Source: Arenimonas sp. (lineage in GTDB: Bacteria > Pseudomonadota > Gammaproteobacteria > Xanthomonadales > Xanthomonadaceae). Taken from it: 45,657 bases of DNA. The stretch covers positions 1-45,657 of the forward strand of contig JBDTTC010000371.1 of assembly GCA_039930825.1 (NCBI GenBank), given 5' to 3'. Shown piece after piece: positions 38,736-45,657 of the stretch. Position 1 is the stretch's first letter; each line of letters begins with the position of its first letter. Under the pieces are notes generated by a model. The model did not search any database and was not told where the DNA came from. It saw nothing but the letters and a program-made list of their open reading frames with translations. Both the position numbers and the translations under genes were made by a program.

Positions 38736-39195
38736 CTTTGCCGGAAATCTTGCTCGCGGCGATGGCAATAGGCGTACCAAACAGAAACATGTGTGACAGC
38801 AGGTCCAAAGAGCTACCGAGCAGTTTAAATTTAATGGGAAATGGAAAGGCCGAGAGTGGCAGGACGACAAGCCGCATTAGCAAAAAGACGAGAATGCCAA
38901 AGCAAATGCCGGAGACAAGTGGATGACGCACTAGGACTGGAACGCGCCGAGCAATCACTAGAAATATTGCGGCCCATAAGTAAGACAGGGCAAAATGACA
39001 GACAAGACCAATGGCGGCGGTGTAATTGCCGCCTGAAAACGCAGCTTGACCTAGTGCACCACTTGCTACTGTTTGAAGCAAACGATCTGGAGCCATGCCG
39101 TTGTAAGCGGCGAAAGTAATTGCGAAAAGAATGTCGAGCATTCCGGCAATAGTGCCGCCAACCAGAAGTGCCCATATTACGGTTCGATTCTTCAT
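38713..39195 (-). CDS. Membrane protein, cassette-borne
   Basis: GGTIAGMLDI, LQTVASG, GLVCHF, HMFLFGTPIA; four TMs. Confidence 0.7.
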   Translation of the reverse strand: MKNRTVIWALLVGGTIAGMLDILFAITFAAYNGMAPDRLLQTVASGALGQAAFSGGNYTAAIGLVCHFALSYLWAAIFLVIARRVPVLVRHPLVSGICFGILVFLLMRLVVLPLSAFPFPIKFKLLGSSLDLLSHMFLFGTPIAIAASKISGKGSTKKSS

Positions 39196-39209
39196 TGAAA
39201 ATCCTGCAC

Positions 39210-39298
39210 GCGGAATGCTCGAATTATGCTACCGCCACGCCGCAACGGTTGCCTATGAATAGCACGAACCAGCGGTCGATTTAAATGAATTGTTTGGT
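39210..39298 (-). mobile_element. Degenerate attC site
   Basis: Minus: ACCAAAC AATTCATTTAAATCGACCGC...CATAATTCGAGC ATTCCGC; resembles the attC at 41701-41792 with both R boxes mutated. Confidence 0.6.
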
Positions 39299-39300
39299 GG

Positions 39301-39759
39301 CTATTGCTTCTCGGCAGCTAACCGCGCTACCACCTTGGCCCGCGCAGCAAGAAGAATGCCCTTGATATCGCTGAATTGCGTCTCTGCAAGATTGTTATAG
39401 TCCATGAGGCGATGCTCAAACTCACGTCCCTTTGTGGCATCTTCGACAGCAAAACGAACCTCTTGAAGCGCCGCACGCCTGTGATCATATGTGCCAAGAA
39501 CTTCAATGCTTGCTTTTTGGAGGGCGCAAAAAATGCTCAGCGACTTTGCTTCGGGTGGACATTCCCTCGTATCCTTTCTATTCCATGCAGATTCGTTCGC
39601 CAACAAAGCGTCAGCCTTATCCAGAATCTCGAGATCTTTCAAGGACACGGGTTGATCACGATCCTCGTACGCTGGAATTGGCGCCGTCTTGCAACCGAAT
39701 AGCGCCGCGAGCATAAAGGGCAATATCATTGCTCTGCATGTTTTTTGCATGGTATTCAC
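39301..39759 (-). CDS. Hypothetical lipoprotein, cassette-borne
   Basis: Lipobox LFGC; WNRKDTREC, SIFCAL, HRLMDYNN. Confidence 0.7.
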   Translation of the reverse strand: MNTMQKTCRAMILPFMLAALFGCKTAPIPAYEDRDQPVSLKDLEILDKADALLANESAWNRKDTRECPPEAKSLSIFCALQKASIEVLGTYDHRRAALQEVRFAVEDATKGREFEHRLMDYNNLAETQFSDIKGILLAARAKVVARLAAEKQ

Positions 39760-39760
39760 G

Positions 39761-39863
39761 AATTTTCGCCTGGATACCCAGCGCCCGACGCAAGATACTG
39801 CAACTGTGGATGGTGATTTAAAATTGGATTCATTTGGCGGTCACCTTGATCGACTAGTTATAA
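39761..39863 (-). mobile_element. Degenerate attC site
   Basis: Minus: TTATAAC TAGTC GATCAAGG...TATCCAGGCG then no GTT; tail matches CCTTATCCAGGC of the attC at 40249. Confidence 0.6.
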
Positions 39864-39929
39864 TATTACTCGTGATATTAGTACGGCTCATTTGAAGAAC
39901 ACGCGTGGCACTTGAAGGGGGCTGAATTT

Positions 39930-40115
39930 CTAGTTGGCATCGGACGCACCTGAGCCCCCCGTGGTGTCATGGTCAGTCGGCGGTAGCACCACTCCGATTG
40001 CGACTAGGCCGATGACCAAAAATAGAGCGCCCGCAAGCGTCTCGTCTATGTGCAGAAAATACCCCCCAGCTGCCAAGCAGCCGGTGCCAAATAATGCGAT
40101 TAGTTTCTTGTTCAT
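39930..40115 (-). CDS. Small two-TM hypothetical protein, cassette-borne
   Basis: Two hydrophobic segments; lies between attC sites. Confidence 0.45.
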   Translation of the reverse strand: MNKKLIALFGTGCLAAGGYFLHIDETLAGALFLVIGLVAIGVVLPPTDHDTTGGSGASDAN

Positions 40116-40248
40116 AACCATCCGAAGCAAGTGGAGTTCCGAGTCTCAGTGCTTGTCTAAGGATAGGTGCTTACTGTACGAGTGTCGAATTGTCTGTGCC
40201 AGCGCAATTTCTGGCAATTGCAAATGTGTTCTGGCCCTTTGCTACAAG

Positions 40249-40338
40249 GCCGAACGCCTGGATAAGGTGCAGACGCACCGGATAATACATTCGGCTGTTA
40301 CCTCACGTATTGATGTCTCATTGATTAATTAGTTAGTT
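40249..40338 (-). mobile_element. attC site (90 bp)
   Basis: Minus: AACTAAC TAATT AATCAATG...CCTTATC CAGGC GTTCGGC; the upstream gene's stop codon lies in R''. Confidence 0.8.
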
Positions 40339-41178
40339 GTCAGCGATGCTGCCGTGTTCTTGAAGAATAGTGAAAGAACTACCAGATACTTCAAGCCAGT
40401 CAAATCGCTCGATCTGATGAAAGACTCCCGATACCATCTGTGCTCCGCAGATTCTACAAGATGCCTGGTTCAAAGCCACTTTGCCTCTGCACCTCTCGAA
40501 ATCGTCTTTCGCTGCATGCTTGTGGAGGAACGATAGAACTGCTTCCCTTTCTCCGTTATTCACAAGCTCACCGATCTCTTTGCGAAATTCACCGATATTT
40601 GTGCCAAAAGGCAGAAGAATTTCTTGAGTCTCGATGCTATTCATGTAACGAGCGCATTTGCCGCAGTATGGAAGCTCAAACGATAACTTCCTGAAAGTAA
40701 ACCAAGCGATTAACCCGACAGCAAGCAAGTCCACGAAATAGCTCAGGGTCGTTCCTGTAGAGCCTAGCTCGAAGATGCCTGCGTGCAGGTTATTGACCGA
40801 TGATGAACCGAGACGAAGGCCCATATAGTCAAAGAACGAAACAAGGTCCCGAATTGGATAGCTTCCGTCCGGTAAATTTTCGGAGCCATATATGTCTATG
40901 CGCAATGAGTAATAGAGACCAATGTCAGTCGAAAAGTAGGCCAACATAATGCCTAGGCTTAGCATTGCAGCGACACGTCGCGAAATTTGAATTTGAAGGG
41001 CTCTAGCAGATGAAAACTGGACCCAAGAAACGAAAGCGCCGAATACCATCCCGCTTATTGGAAGAAAAAGCCAAAGATTCCAGTGGAGATGCTCGTTGAT
41101 TGGCGAAATAGATCCAAGCGCGAGACCAAGTAGTACGGTGAGTAGTGTTATGCCAACAACCAACATTTCGCGATTCAT
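40333..41178 (-). CDS. Hypothetical membrane protein with CxxC pairs, cassette-borne
   Basis: Several TMs; YCGKC and CRICG; TAA stop inside the attC R'' box. Confidence 0.7.
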   Translation of the reverse strand: MNREMLVVGITLLTVLLGLALGSISPINEHLHWNLWLFLPISGMVFGAFVSWVQFSSARALQIQISRRVAAMLSLGIMLAYFSTDIGLYYSLRIDIYGSENLPDGSYPIRDLVSFFDYMGLRLGSSSVNNLHAGIFELGSTGTTLSYFVDLLAVGLIAWFTFRKLSFELPYCGKCARYMNSIETQEILLPFGTNIGEFRKEIGELVNNGEREAVLSFLHKHAAKDDFERCRGKVALNQASCRICGAQMVSGVFHQIERFDWLEVSGSSFTILQEHGSIADN

Positions 41179-41187
41179 TAATCTGGT

Positions 41188-41277
41188 ACCTATCAAGCAA
41201 AATAGGGCGCCGAGGCACCGGATATGAAACCTGAATGTTGGGTTTTCACGGAGGCCACCTTGATTGCGTAGTTAGAG
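41188..41277 (-). mobile_element. attC site (90 bp) with R' mutated GTT to GAT
   Basis: Minus: CTCTAAC TACGC AATCAAGG...CCCTATT TTGCTT GATAGGT. Confidence 0.82.
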
Positions 41278-41658
41278 CATATTTTCGCGCACGTGAAAAA
41301 TATTCCCTTCCGGGTCGCTGCCATTACGTACTTTGATCTTGGGGCCCGTATATTCGTCTCCAAATAATGATCCGCCGAATGCAGCTGCTATTTTTTCAGT
41401 AGCTGAAATGCTGGGTACGGTAAAAAAAAGCTTTATGGCTTGTTCTGAGCGAGGCTCTGGCGGCGAGGAAATACTAATCGTGTTCGCGATGTGTGCCGGT
41501 ATGGCATGAATAATAAGCTGGATGTCGGCTGACTCGATGACATGATGCTCTGAATCCGCTTTAAGTAGTTTCATGTCAAATAGCTGTTGATAGAACTCAG
41601 AAACGCGGGAAAGGTCTTTTGCATAAATCAGAGCACCAGCACGTGCGGGACCTGCCAT
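41272..41658 (-). CDS. VOC/glyoxalase family protein, cassette-borne
   Basis: LIYAKDLSRVSEFY, IKLFFTV, DPEGNIF. Confidence 0.85.
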   Translation of the reverse strand: MAGPARAGALIYAKDLSRVSEFYQQLFDMKLLKADSEHHVIESADIQLIIHAIPAHIANTISISSPPEPRSEQAIKLFFTVPSISATEKIAAAFGGSLFGDEYTGPKIKVRNGSDPEGNIFHVRENML

Positions 41659-41700
41659 TTTAATATCCTTTTATAATTAATCTGAAGTTTGAGAGTTGGG

Positions 41701-41792
41701 CTCTAAAGCGCCTGAATTAAGCCGCCGGCACGCGACAGCAGTTGGAAATGACTAGCCCGACACCGGCGGTCGGATTGAATGAATTGTTAGGG
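41701..41792 (-). mobile_element. attC site with a 2-nt insertion in R'
   Basis: Minus: CCCTAAC AATTC ATTCAATCCGACCGCCGG...CCGGCGGC TTAATTCAGGC G[CT]TTAGAG. Confidence 0.82.
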
Positions 41793-42210
41793 CTCGCGGC
41801 GGCTTGCGTGAAGGACAGCCATTGCAGTTCCAATTCAAATATTGCTGAAGATCGCGGATTCTTTTCTCCGTGTGGTCGATGAAGCACGCGCTTTGTGCAA
41901 ATGAATACAAACTGCCTTCTTTGCCAAGGCCGGAGTTGGCATACTCGCAATCACGATCGCGGAAGCGCAGCCAAGCCACTTGAGCCTTGCGAAGCTTCGA
42001 GGGGTCTTCTAGGTCATCAGTGATCTTCTTATAGAGTTCATTCAGCTGTACGTCGACCTTGGAGTATTCAGCTGCCAGGCACGAGTTCATCTGCTGCTGG
42101 CCTCCCTCGGAGCACCGTTCCTTTTGTGCTGCGGCGAAGTCCCAGTTTTCGCTAGCGCAAACGACAGGTGAGAAGCAGATAGTTAATACAAGAAGAAAGA
42201 CTGTTCGCAT
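41752..42210 (-). CDS. LprI/DUF1311 family secreted protein, cassette-borne
   Basis: Signal peptide; QQQMNSC, LNELY, LRKAQVAWLRFRDRDC. Confidence 0.85.
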   Translation of the reverse strand: MRTVFLLVLTICFSPVVCASENWDFAAAQKERCSEGGQQQMNSCLAAEYSKVDVQLNELYKKITDDLEDPSKLRKAQVAWLRFRDRDCEYANSGLGKEGSLYSFAQSACFIDHTEKRIRDLQQYLNWNCNGCPSRKPPRALTIHSIRPPVSG

Positions 42211-42220
42211 TGGATAGTGG

Positions 42221-42310
42221 GCCTAACAAGCAAAATAAGATGCCGATGCACCGGGTGTGAAACTCGAAACCAATTTACGCACGGAAGTCATCTTGATTGC
42301 ATAGTTAGTG
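42221..42310 (-). mobile_element. attC site (90 bp, intact)
   Basis: Minus: CACTAAC TATGC AATCAAGA...TCTTATT TTGCTT GTTAGGC; the hydrolase stop TAA lies in R''. Confidence 0.88.
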
Positions 42311-43345
42311 TGCACCTGTCGTATCTGTTTGATTCGTACGCTGGAGGACGCGCCTTATCGCTGCAATAACCGTGGCCGGTTGGTCAAGCTGAATATAGTG
42401 CCCGGAATCGGGAACGGTAATTCGCTCTCCGCGCGTTGACATGCCTGCAATCGCATCATGCAAGCGTATCCAGACGCTATTCTTTTGCGCCCGGAGCTCA
42501 ATAGATTCATTTTCTCCAGGTGCGGCGGGCTCCTTCGTAAGGACGATAATCGGAATGTCTCCAAGTCTCCGATACGCCGAACGGACTTCGTCAGCACTTT
42601 CCGTCCAGACGTTGCTCATTTCGGATATCCAAGCAGCAATTCGCGCATCGGTTACAGCTAACGCGAGGTCAGCCGACTTAATGCTTTTGCTATATCGATC
42701 TCCGGTCTGCCCGACGCATAATTTGTAGAGGTCCGAACCTTCAATCAGTTCGGTGTGCTCCAAAGCAATGCAGCGCTTCAAGTCGGCAAGATATTCTTTG
42801 TTACGGATGCCACTTTCCGGGTCAAGTGCGGAAATGTCGCTCCCTAGGTCTTCATGTGATGGATCTACCAATACTAAGCCTGAGACCTCCAGCGGAAAGA
42901 CTTCCGCATAAAGTTTCACGTTCATTCCACCGTATGAGTGACCGACAAGAATGTATGGGGGAGCGAGCTTGGCCGATTGGAGAAGCCGGTGAAGATCTTT
43001 AACCGCGTTTCTACTGGTTCCCGAGACCTTGGCGGGGTCACTGAAACCCAGGCCGGCGCGATCATACGAGCATGCCTTTGCCTCTTTCGCTATCTCGCGC
43101 TGCACCAATCCCCAAGCCTTGGTGCTGTCTCCCAAGCCTGCATCGAAGATTACTACCGGTCCGCCCTTCCCCGTGCAATAGAGATTCAACCGGCGACCGG
43201 GCTCAACTTCGACTAAGCTTTTAGGTTTCGTATAAGCAGCGTCATCTATTACTCGTTCGTCCCGCGCCGAGGCACATGTTGCACAACTGATTGCCATGAG
43301 CACTGCGATTCGCAGCAACCATGAGTTCCAGTTAATGATTTCCAT
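42305..43345 (-). CDS. Secreted alpha/beta hydrolase, cassette-borne
   Basis: YDRAGLGFS, nucleophile elbow GHSYGG, LVLVD, SGHYIQLDQP; signal peptide. Confidence 0.88.
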   Translation of the reverse strand: MEIINWNSWLLRIAVLMAISCATCASARDERVIDDAAYTKPKSLVEVEPGRRLNLYCTGKGGPVVIFDAGLGDSTKAWGLVQREIAKEAKACSYDRAGLGFSDPAKVSGTSRNAVKDLHRLLQSAKLAPPYILVGHSYGGMNVKLYAEVFPLEVSGLVLVDPSHEDLGSDISALDPESGIRNKEYLADLKRCIALEHTELIEGSDLYKLCVGQTGDRYSKSIKSADLALAVTDARIAAWISEMSNVWTESADEVRSAYRRLGDIPIIVLTKEPAAPGENESIELRAQKNSVWIRLHDAIAGMSTRGERITVPDSGHYIQLDQPATVIAAIRRVLQRTNQTDTTGAH

Positions 43346-43372
43346 TGAGTTGCGACCCTCCGTCAATATGCA

Positions 43373-43462
43373 CGCTAACAACCAAAATAAGGGACCGCCG
43401 CAGAGGATGTGAAATTCGAATGTCGGATTTTCACGACGGTCCCCTTGATTGAGTAGTTAGAT
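43373..43462 (-). mobile_element. attC site (90 bp, intact)
   Basis: Minus: ATCTAAC TACTC AATCAAGGGGACCGTCG...CGGCGGTCCCTTATT TTGGTT GTTAGCG; canonical R''-5-L''...L'-6-R' spacing with an extrahelical base. Confidence 0.9.
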
Positions 43463-43474
43463 ACGTTTACTCGT

Positions 43475-43924
43475 TTATTGAGTTTGAGCGCAGACGGGCT
43501 TTAGAAGGGTCATAACGATGCCAGGATTGCCAAGCTCGACAACTCTGTCGGCCCCTCCATTTGCTCCGTAACCTTGAATGGAATTCGTACCGCCCCACGT
43601 ATAAGTGAGTTGCTTTGGCGTGCTACGACTTACATTAAACAATGTGATTTTGACCGACTCGTCAACAAATTTTAATTTTTCGGCCTGCTTTTTATAAAAC
43701 TCTTGGTCAGCAGGCTCAATTTTAACGCCGAGCTTAAATCCACTGGGAAGGGTTACTGACTTAATTTCATCGGACTTGGCTGTCCAAGTCTCTATGTTCT
43801 TCCCGCTTACGGTAAGCACGACCATTTGATCTCGACTACCTGTATTCCAGTCGCAGGCATTGGCACTTTGTGCAGCGAGTGCAGCAGAAAGTCCGATAAG
43901 TAGTGAGCTGACGATGATTCGCAT
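43475..43924 (-). CDS. Secreted hypothetical protein, first cassette
   Basis: Signal peptide ending ANA-C; SD AAGGAG; bounded by GTTAGAT and ATCTAAC. Confidence 0.75.
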   Translation of the reverse strand: MRIIVSSLLIGLSAALAAQSANACDWNTGSRDQMVVLTVSGKNIETWTAKSDEIKSVTLPSGFKLGVKIEPADQEFYKKQAEKLKFVDESVKITLFNVSRSTPKQLTYTWGGTNSIQGYGANGGADRVVELGNPGIVMTLLKPVCAQTQ

Positions 43925-43969
43925 TGCAGTGAACTCCTTTAGTGCTAGTAAATGAAAAAGAGGAAATGC

Positions 43970-43995
43970 ATCTAACTATTATTAGCCCCAACAAC
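43970..43995 (-). mobile_element. Putative attI or primary insertion site of the cassette array
   Basis: Minus: GGGGCTAATAATA GTTAGAT; GTTAGAT exactly complements R'' ATCTAAC of the first attC; no attC hairpin upstream. Confidence 0.55.
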
Positions 43996-44056
43996 CAAGC
44001 GTAAAAGCATGTTCAGCCATGCCTGAAAATACGTCAAGACCAGCGCCTGGCTGCAT

Positions 44057-44806
44057 CTATAAAAAACGGCCCGCTCTAACCGTGAGCGGCCATATCACGG
44101 TCAACACGGTTTCAGGATTTCCCCAGGCTTGCTGCATTTCATTTTCGATCTGGCTAACCGCATCAATGCCGGTTGCTTTCAGATGACGCTGGCTGGCAGA
44201 CCAGCTACGAAGATAGGCGAGGTATTGTGCAAGCGTCCAGTTGCATTGCAATTCCAGCTGCGGGCTTTGTATTTCCTGGAATGGAAATGCGATATCGCGA
44301 TAAGCAGACTCGACGTGCGTTCTTTCCGGTGGCCAGTAATCGTCCAGCATGCCGCGATACAGTTTTTCGAATATGGCATCTACGGCCGCATTCACGGATG
44401 ATTTTTCGTAAGTCCACACCACCAATAAACCGCCGGGCTGCAATACGCGTTTTGCCTCGGTGAAAAAGCGTTCGAATTCGAACCAATGCAGAGCCTGCGC
44501 AACGCAAACGCAGTCGGCAGAATTGTCGGGCAAGGAACATTGCTCGGCAGCTTCGACCGCATAGGAAATATTTTCGCGCGGCTCGGCGCTGGCAATCTGG
44601 GTGGTGCTGGGGTCACTGGCAAAAACCTTATCGAAATAATCGGCCAAGGCAACACTTGCCTGGCCATTGCCACAGCCGGCATCCCAGGCCAGCGAACGTG
44701 TTTTGCATTCAGAAGCTATCCATTCAAACAGTGCTTTCGGATAACGCGGCCTGGCAGCGGCGTAACTATTTGCGTGGCCGGAAAAATGGTCTTTGAAAGT
44801 AGTCAT
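44057..44806 (-). CDS. Class I SAM-dependent methyltransferase
   Basis: FKDHFS, YAAARPRYP, WDAGCGNGQA, AQALHWF, LRSWSA. Confidence 0.9.
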   Translation of the reverse strand: MTTFKDHFSGHANSYAAARPRYPKALFEWIASECKTRSLAWDAGCGNGQASVALADYFDKVFASDPSTTQIASAEPRENISYAVEAAEQCSLPDNSADCVCVAQALHWFEFERFFTEAKRVLQPGGLLVVWTYEKSSVNAAVDAIFEKLYRGMLDDYWPPERTHVESAYRDIAFPFQEIQSPQLELQCNWTLAQYLAYLRSWSASQRHLKATGIDAVSQIENEMQQAWGNPETVLTVIWPLTVRAGRFL

Positions 44807-45141
44807 CAATCGTCGTTCACTATCATTTCCGCCGATACTATCTTGCCGTTCGTAGTATCGACTACACATTCGCTGGTATGGAAGATGGCGCCGTAATAAA
44901 TAAAGCGATATTTGTTTTCGTAAACCACAAGCCGGTGCTTTTGTTTGCCTGCATCGGCGGTCGAGATGAAGGTACTGATTTCGGAGCCCTTGTGTATGCG
45001 CTCACAAAGCAGCTTGGCTTCCTTGTCGGCCTTGTCGTTGGCATAAACGCTGTAAGCACCATAGCCAAGCAAGGCCAATACAAGCAGCAGCACCACAGAG
45101 CCGATACCGATAATAAATCCGAGCAGGACTTTTTTGATCAT
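44806..45141 (-). CDS. Hypothetical membrane-anchored protein
   Basis: N-terminal TM; TGATG coupling to the methyltransferase. Confidence 0.6.
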   Translation of the reverse strand: MIKKVLLGFIIGIGSVVLLLVLALLGYGAYSVYANDKADKEAKLLCERIHKGSEISTFISTADAGKQKHRLVVYENKYRFIYYGAIFHTSECVVDTTNGKIVSAEMIVNDD

Positions 45142-45148
45142 TGCAGCA

Positions 45149-45586
45149 CTAGACCCCGGCAATTTTTATTGAAACATTCTGAAACCAGACTTCCTTCCAT
45201 CGGCCGACTTTTTCTTCGTTTCCGAGCAGCTTTGGGGAAGCCTGTTTCACTTCGGCAAATAATACGCCACCGGTAAGGGCTTTCGTGTTTATTGCGCCGT
45301 AAATCACGCCATCGGCTTCATGGGTGACGGCGACCAATACGCCGCAGATCCGGCATGAGATGAAAGACGCCATATTGCCGCCTTGGCGGTAGCGGGAAAC
45401 TTGATCGTCGCCTTTGATGGATATTTCCAAGCTGCCATCCGGATCCGAAAGATAGGTGGCGGCGTGCATGGTGCAGTAATCGCAATCGCAGGCACGCGGA
45501 CTGAATGATTCCGGATTAAAGGCAAGCACTGCGTTGAAGCGAATGTTTCCACAATGGCAGCCGCCTTTACATAGATAGAGAGACAT
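45149..45586 (-). CDS. GFA/CENP-V family (glutathione-dependent aldehyde-activating) protein
   Basis: GGCHCG, CDCDYC, CRICG zinc motifs. Confidence 0.85.
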   Translation of the reverse strand: MSLYLCKGGCHCGNIRFNAVLAFNPESFSPRACDCDYCTMHAATYLSDPDGSLEISIKGDDQVSRYRQGGNMASFISCRICGVLVAVTHEADGVIYGAINTKALTGGVLFAEVKQASPKLLGNEEKVGRWKEVWFQNVSIKIAGV

Positions 45587-45657
45587 ATGGGAAATTCTGC
45601 AGCGCTATCGCTTACGAATAATTCGGCACATACAAGGGGAATTCCCCGCTGATACCT

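Noticed and set aside
38646-43462. Repeats read as a CRISPR array or as simple terminators
   Set aside because: The units are about 90-bp imperfect palindromes separated by whole genes, with R/L box architecture and no cas genes or U-tails; attC fits better.
44057-45586. GFA, hypothetical and methyltransferase genes as further cassettes
   Set aside because: They overlap or are 7 bp apart, with no attC-like sequence between them.
45636-45647. Perfect palindrome GGGGAATTCCCC upstream of the GFA gene
   Set aside because: Single short instance at the window edge; no function can be supported.

Overview
Gammaproteobacterial chromosome segment, by inference Xanthomonadales/Lysobacteraceae-like. 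From left to right: (i) a probable IS3-family left end at the window edge; (ii) a pectin/galacturonate locus with a Tat-lipoprotein pectin methylesterase, a frameshifted TonB-dependent receptor, kdgK and eda, and paired palindromic operators; (iii) an 8-gene minus-strand operon: TldD (Tat signal, Asp where the Cys ligand normally sits), TldE, DUF4159, MoxR AAA+, DUF58, BatA-domain and two large membrane proteins; (iv) a TPR-GGDEF diguanylate cyclase; (v) TetR plus a MexEF-OprN-like RND pump, with an unannotated 54-codon ORF bridging them over a terminator-like hairpin; (vi) assorted genes including a tandem L7/L12-CTD membrane protein, a DUF3052-like pseudogene fragment, a B12 radical SAM enzyme and an SPFH-HTH/zinc-ribbon pair; (vii) about 35.5-44.0 kb, a co-oriented minus-strand integron gene-cassette array with no integrase in the window. 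At least 8 attC sites are visible, four of them exactly 90 bp and of one family, and they decay progressively away from a putative attI at about 43.97 kb. Product calls rest on motif recognition only; no database searches were run.
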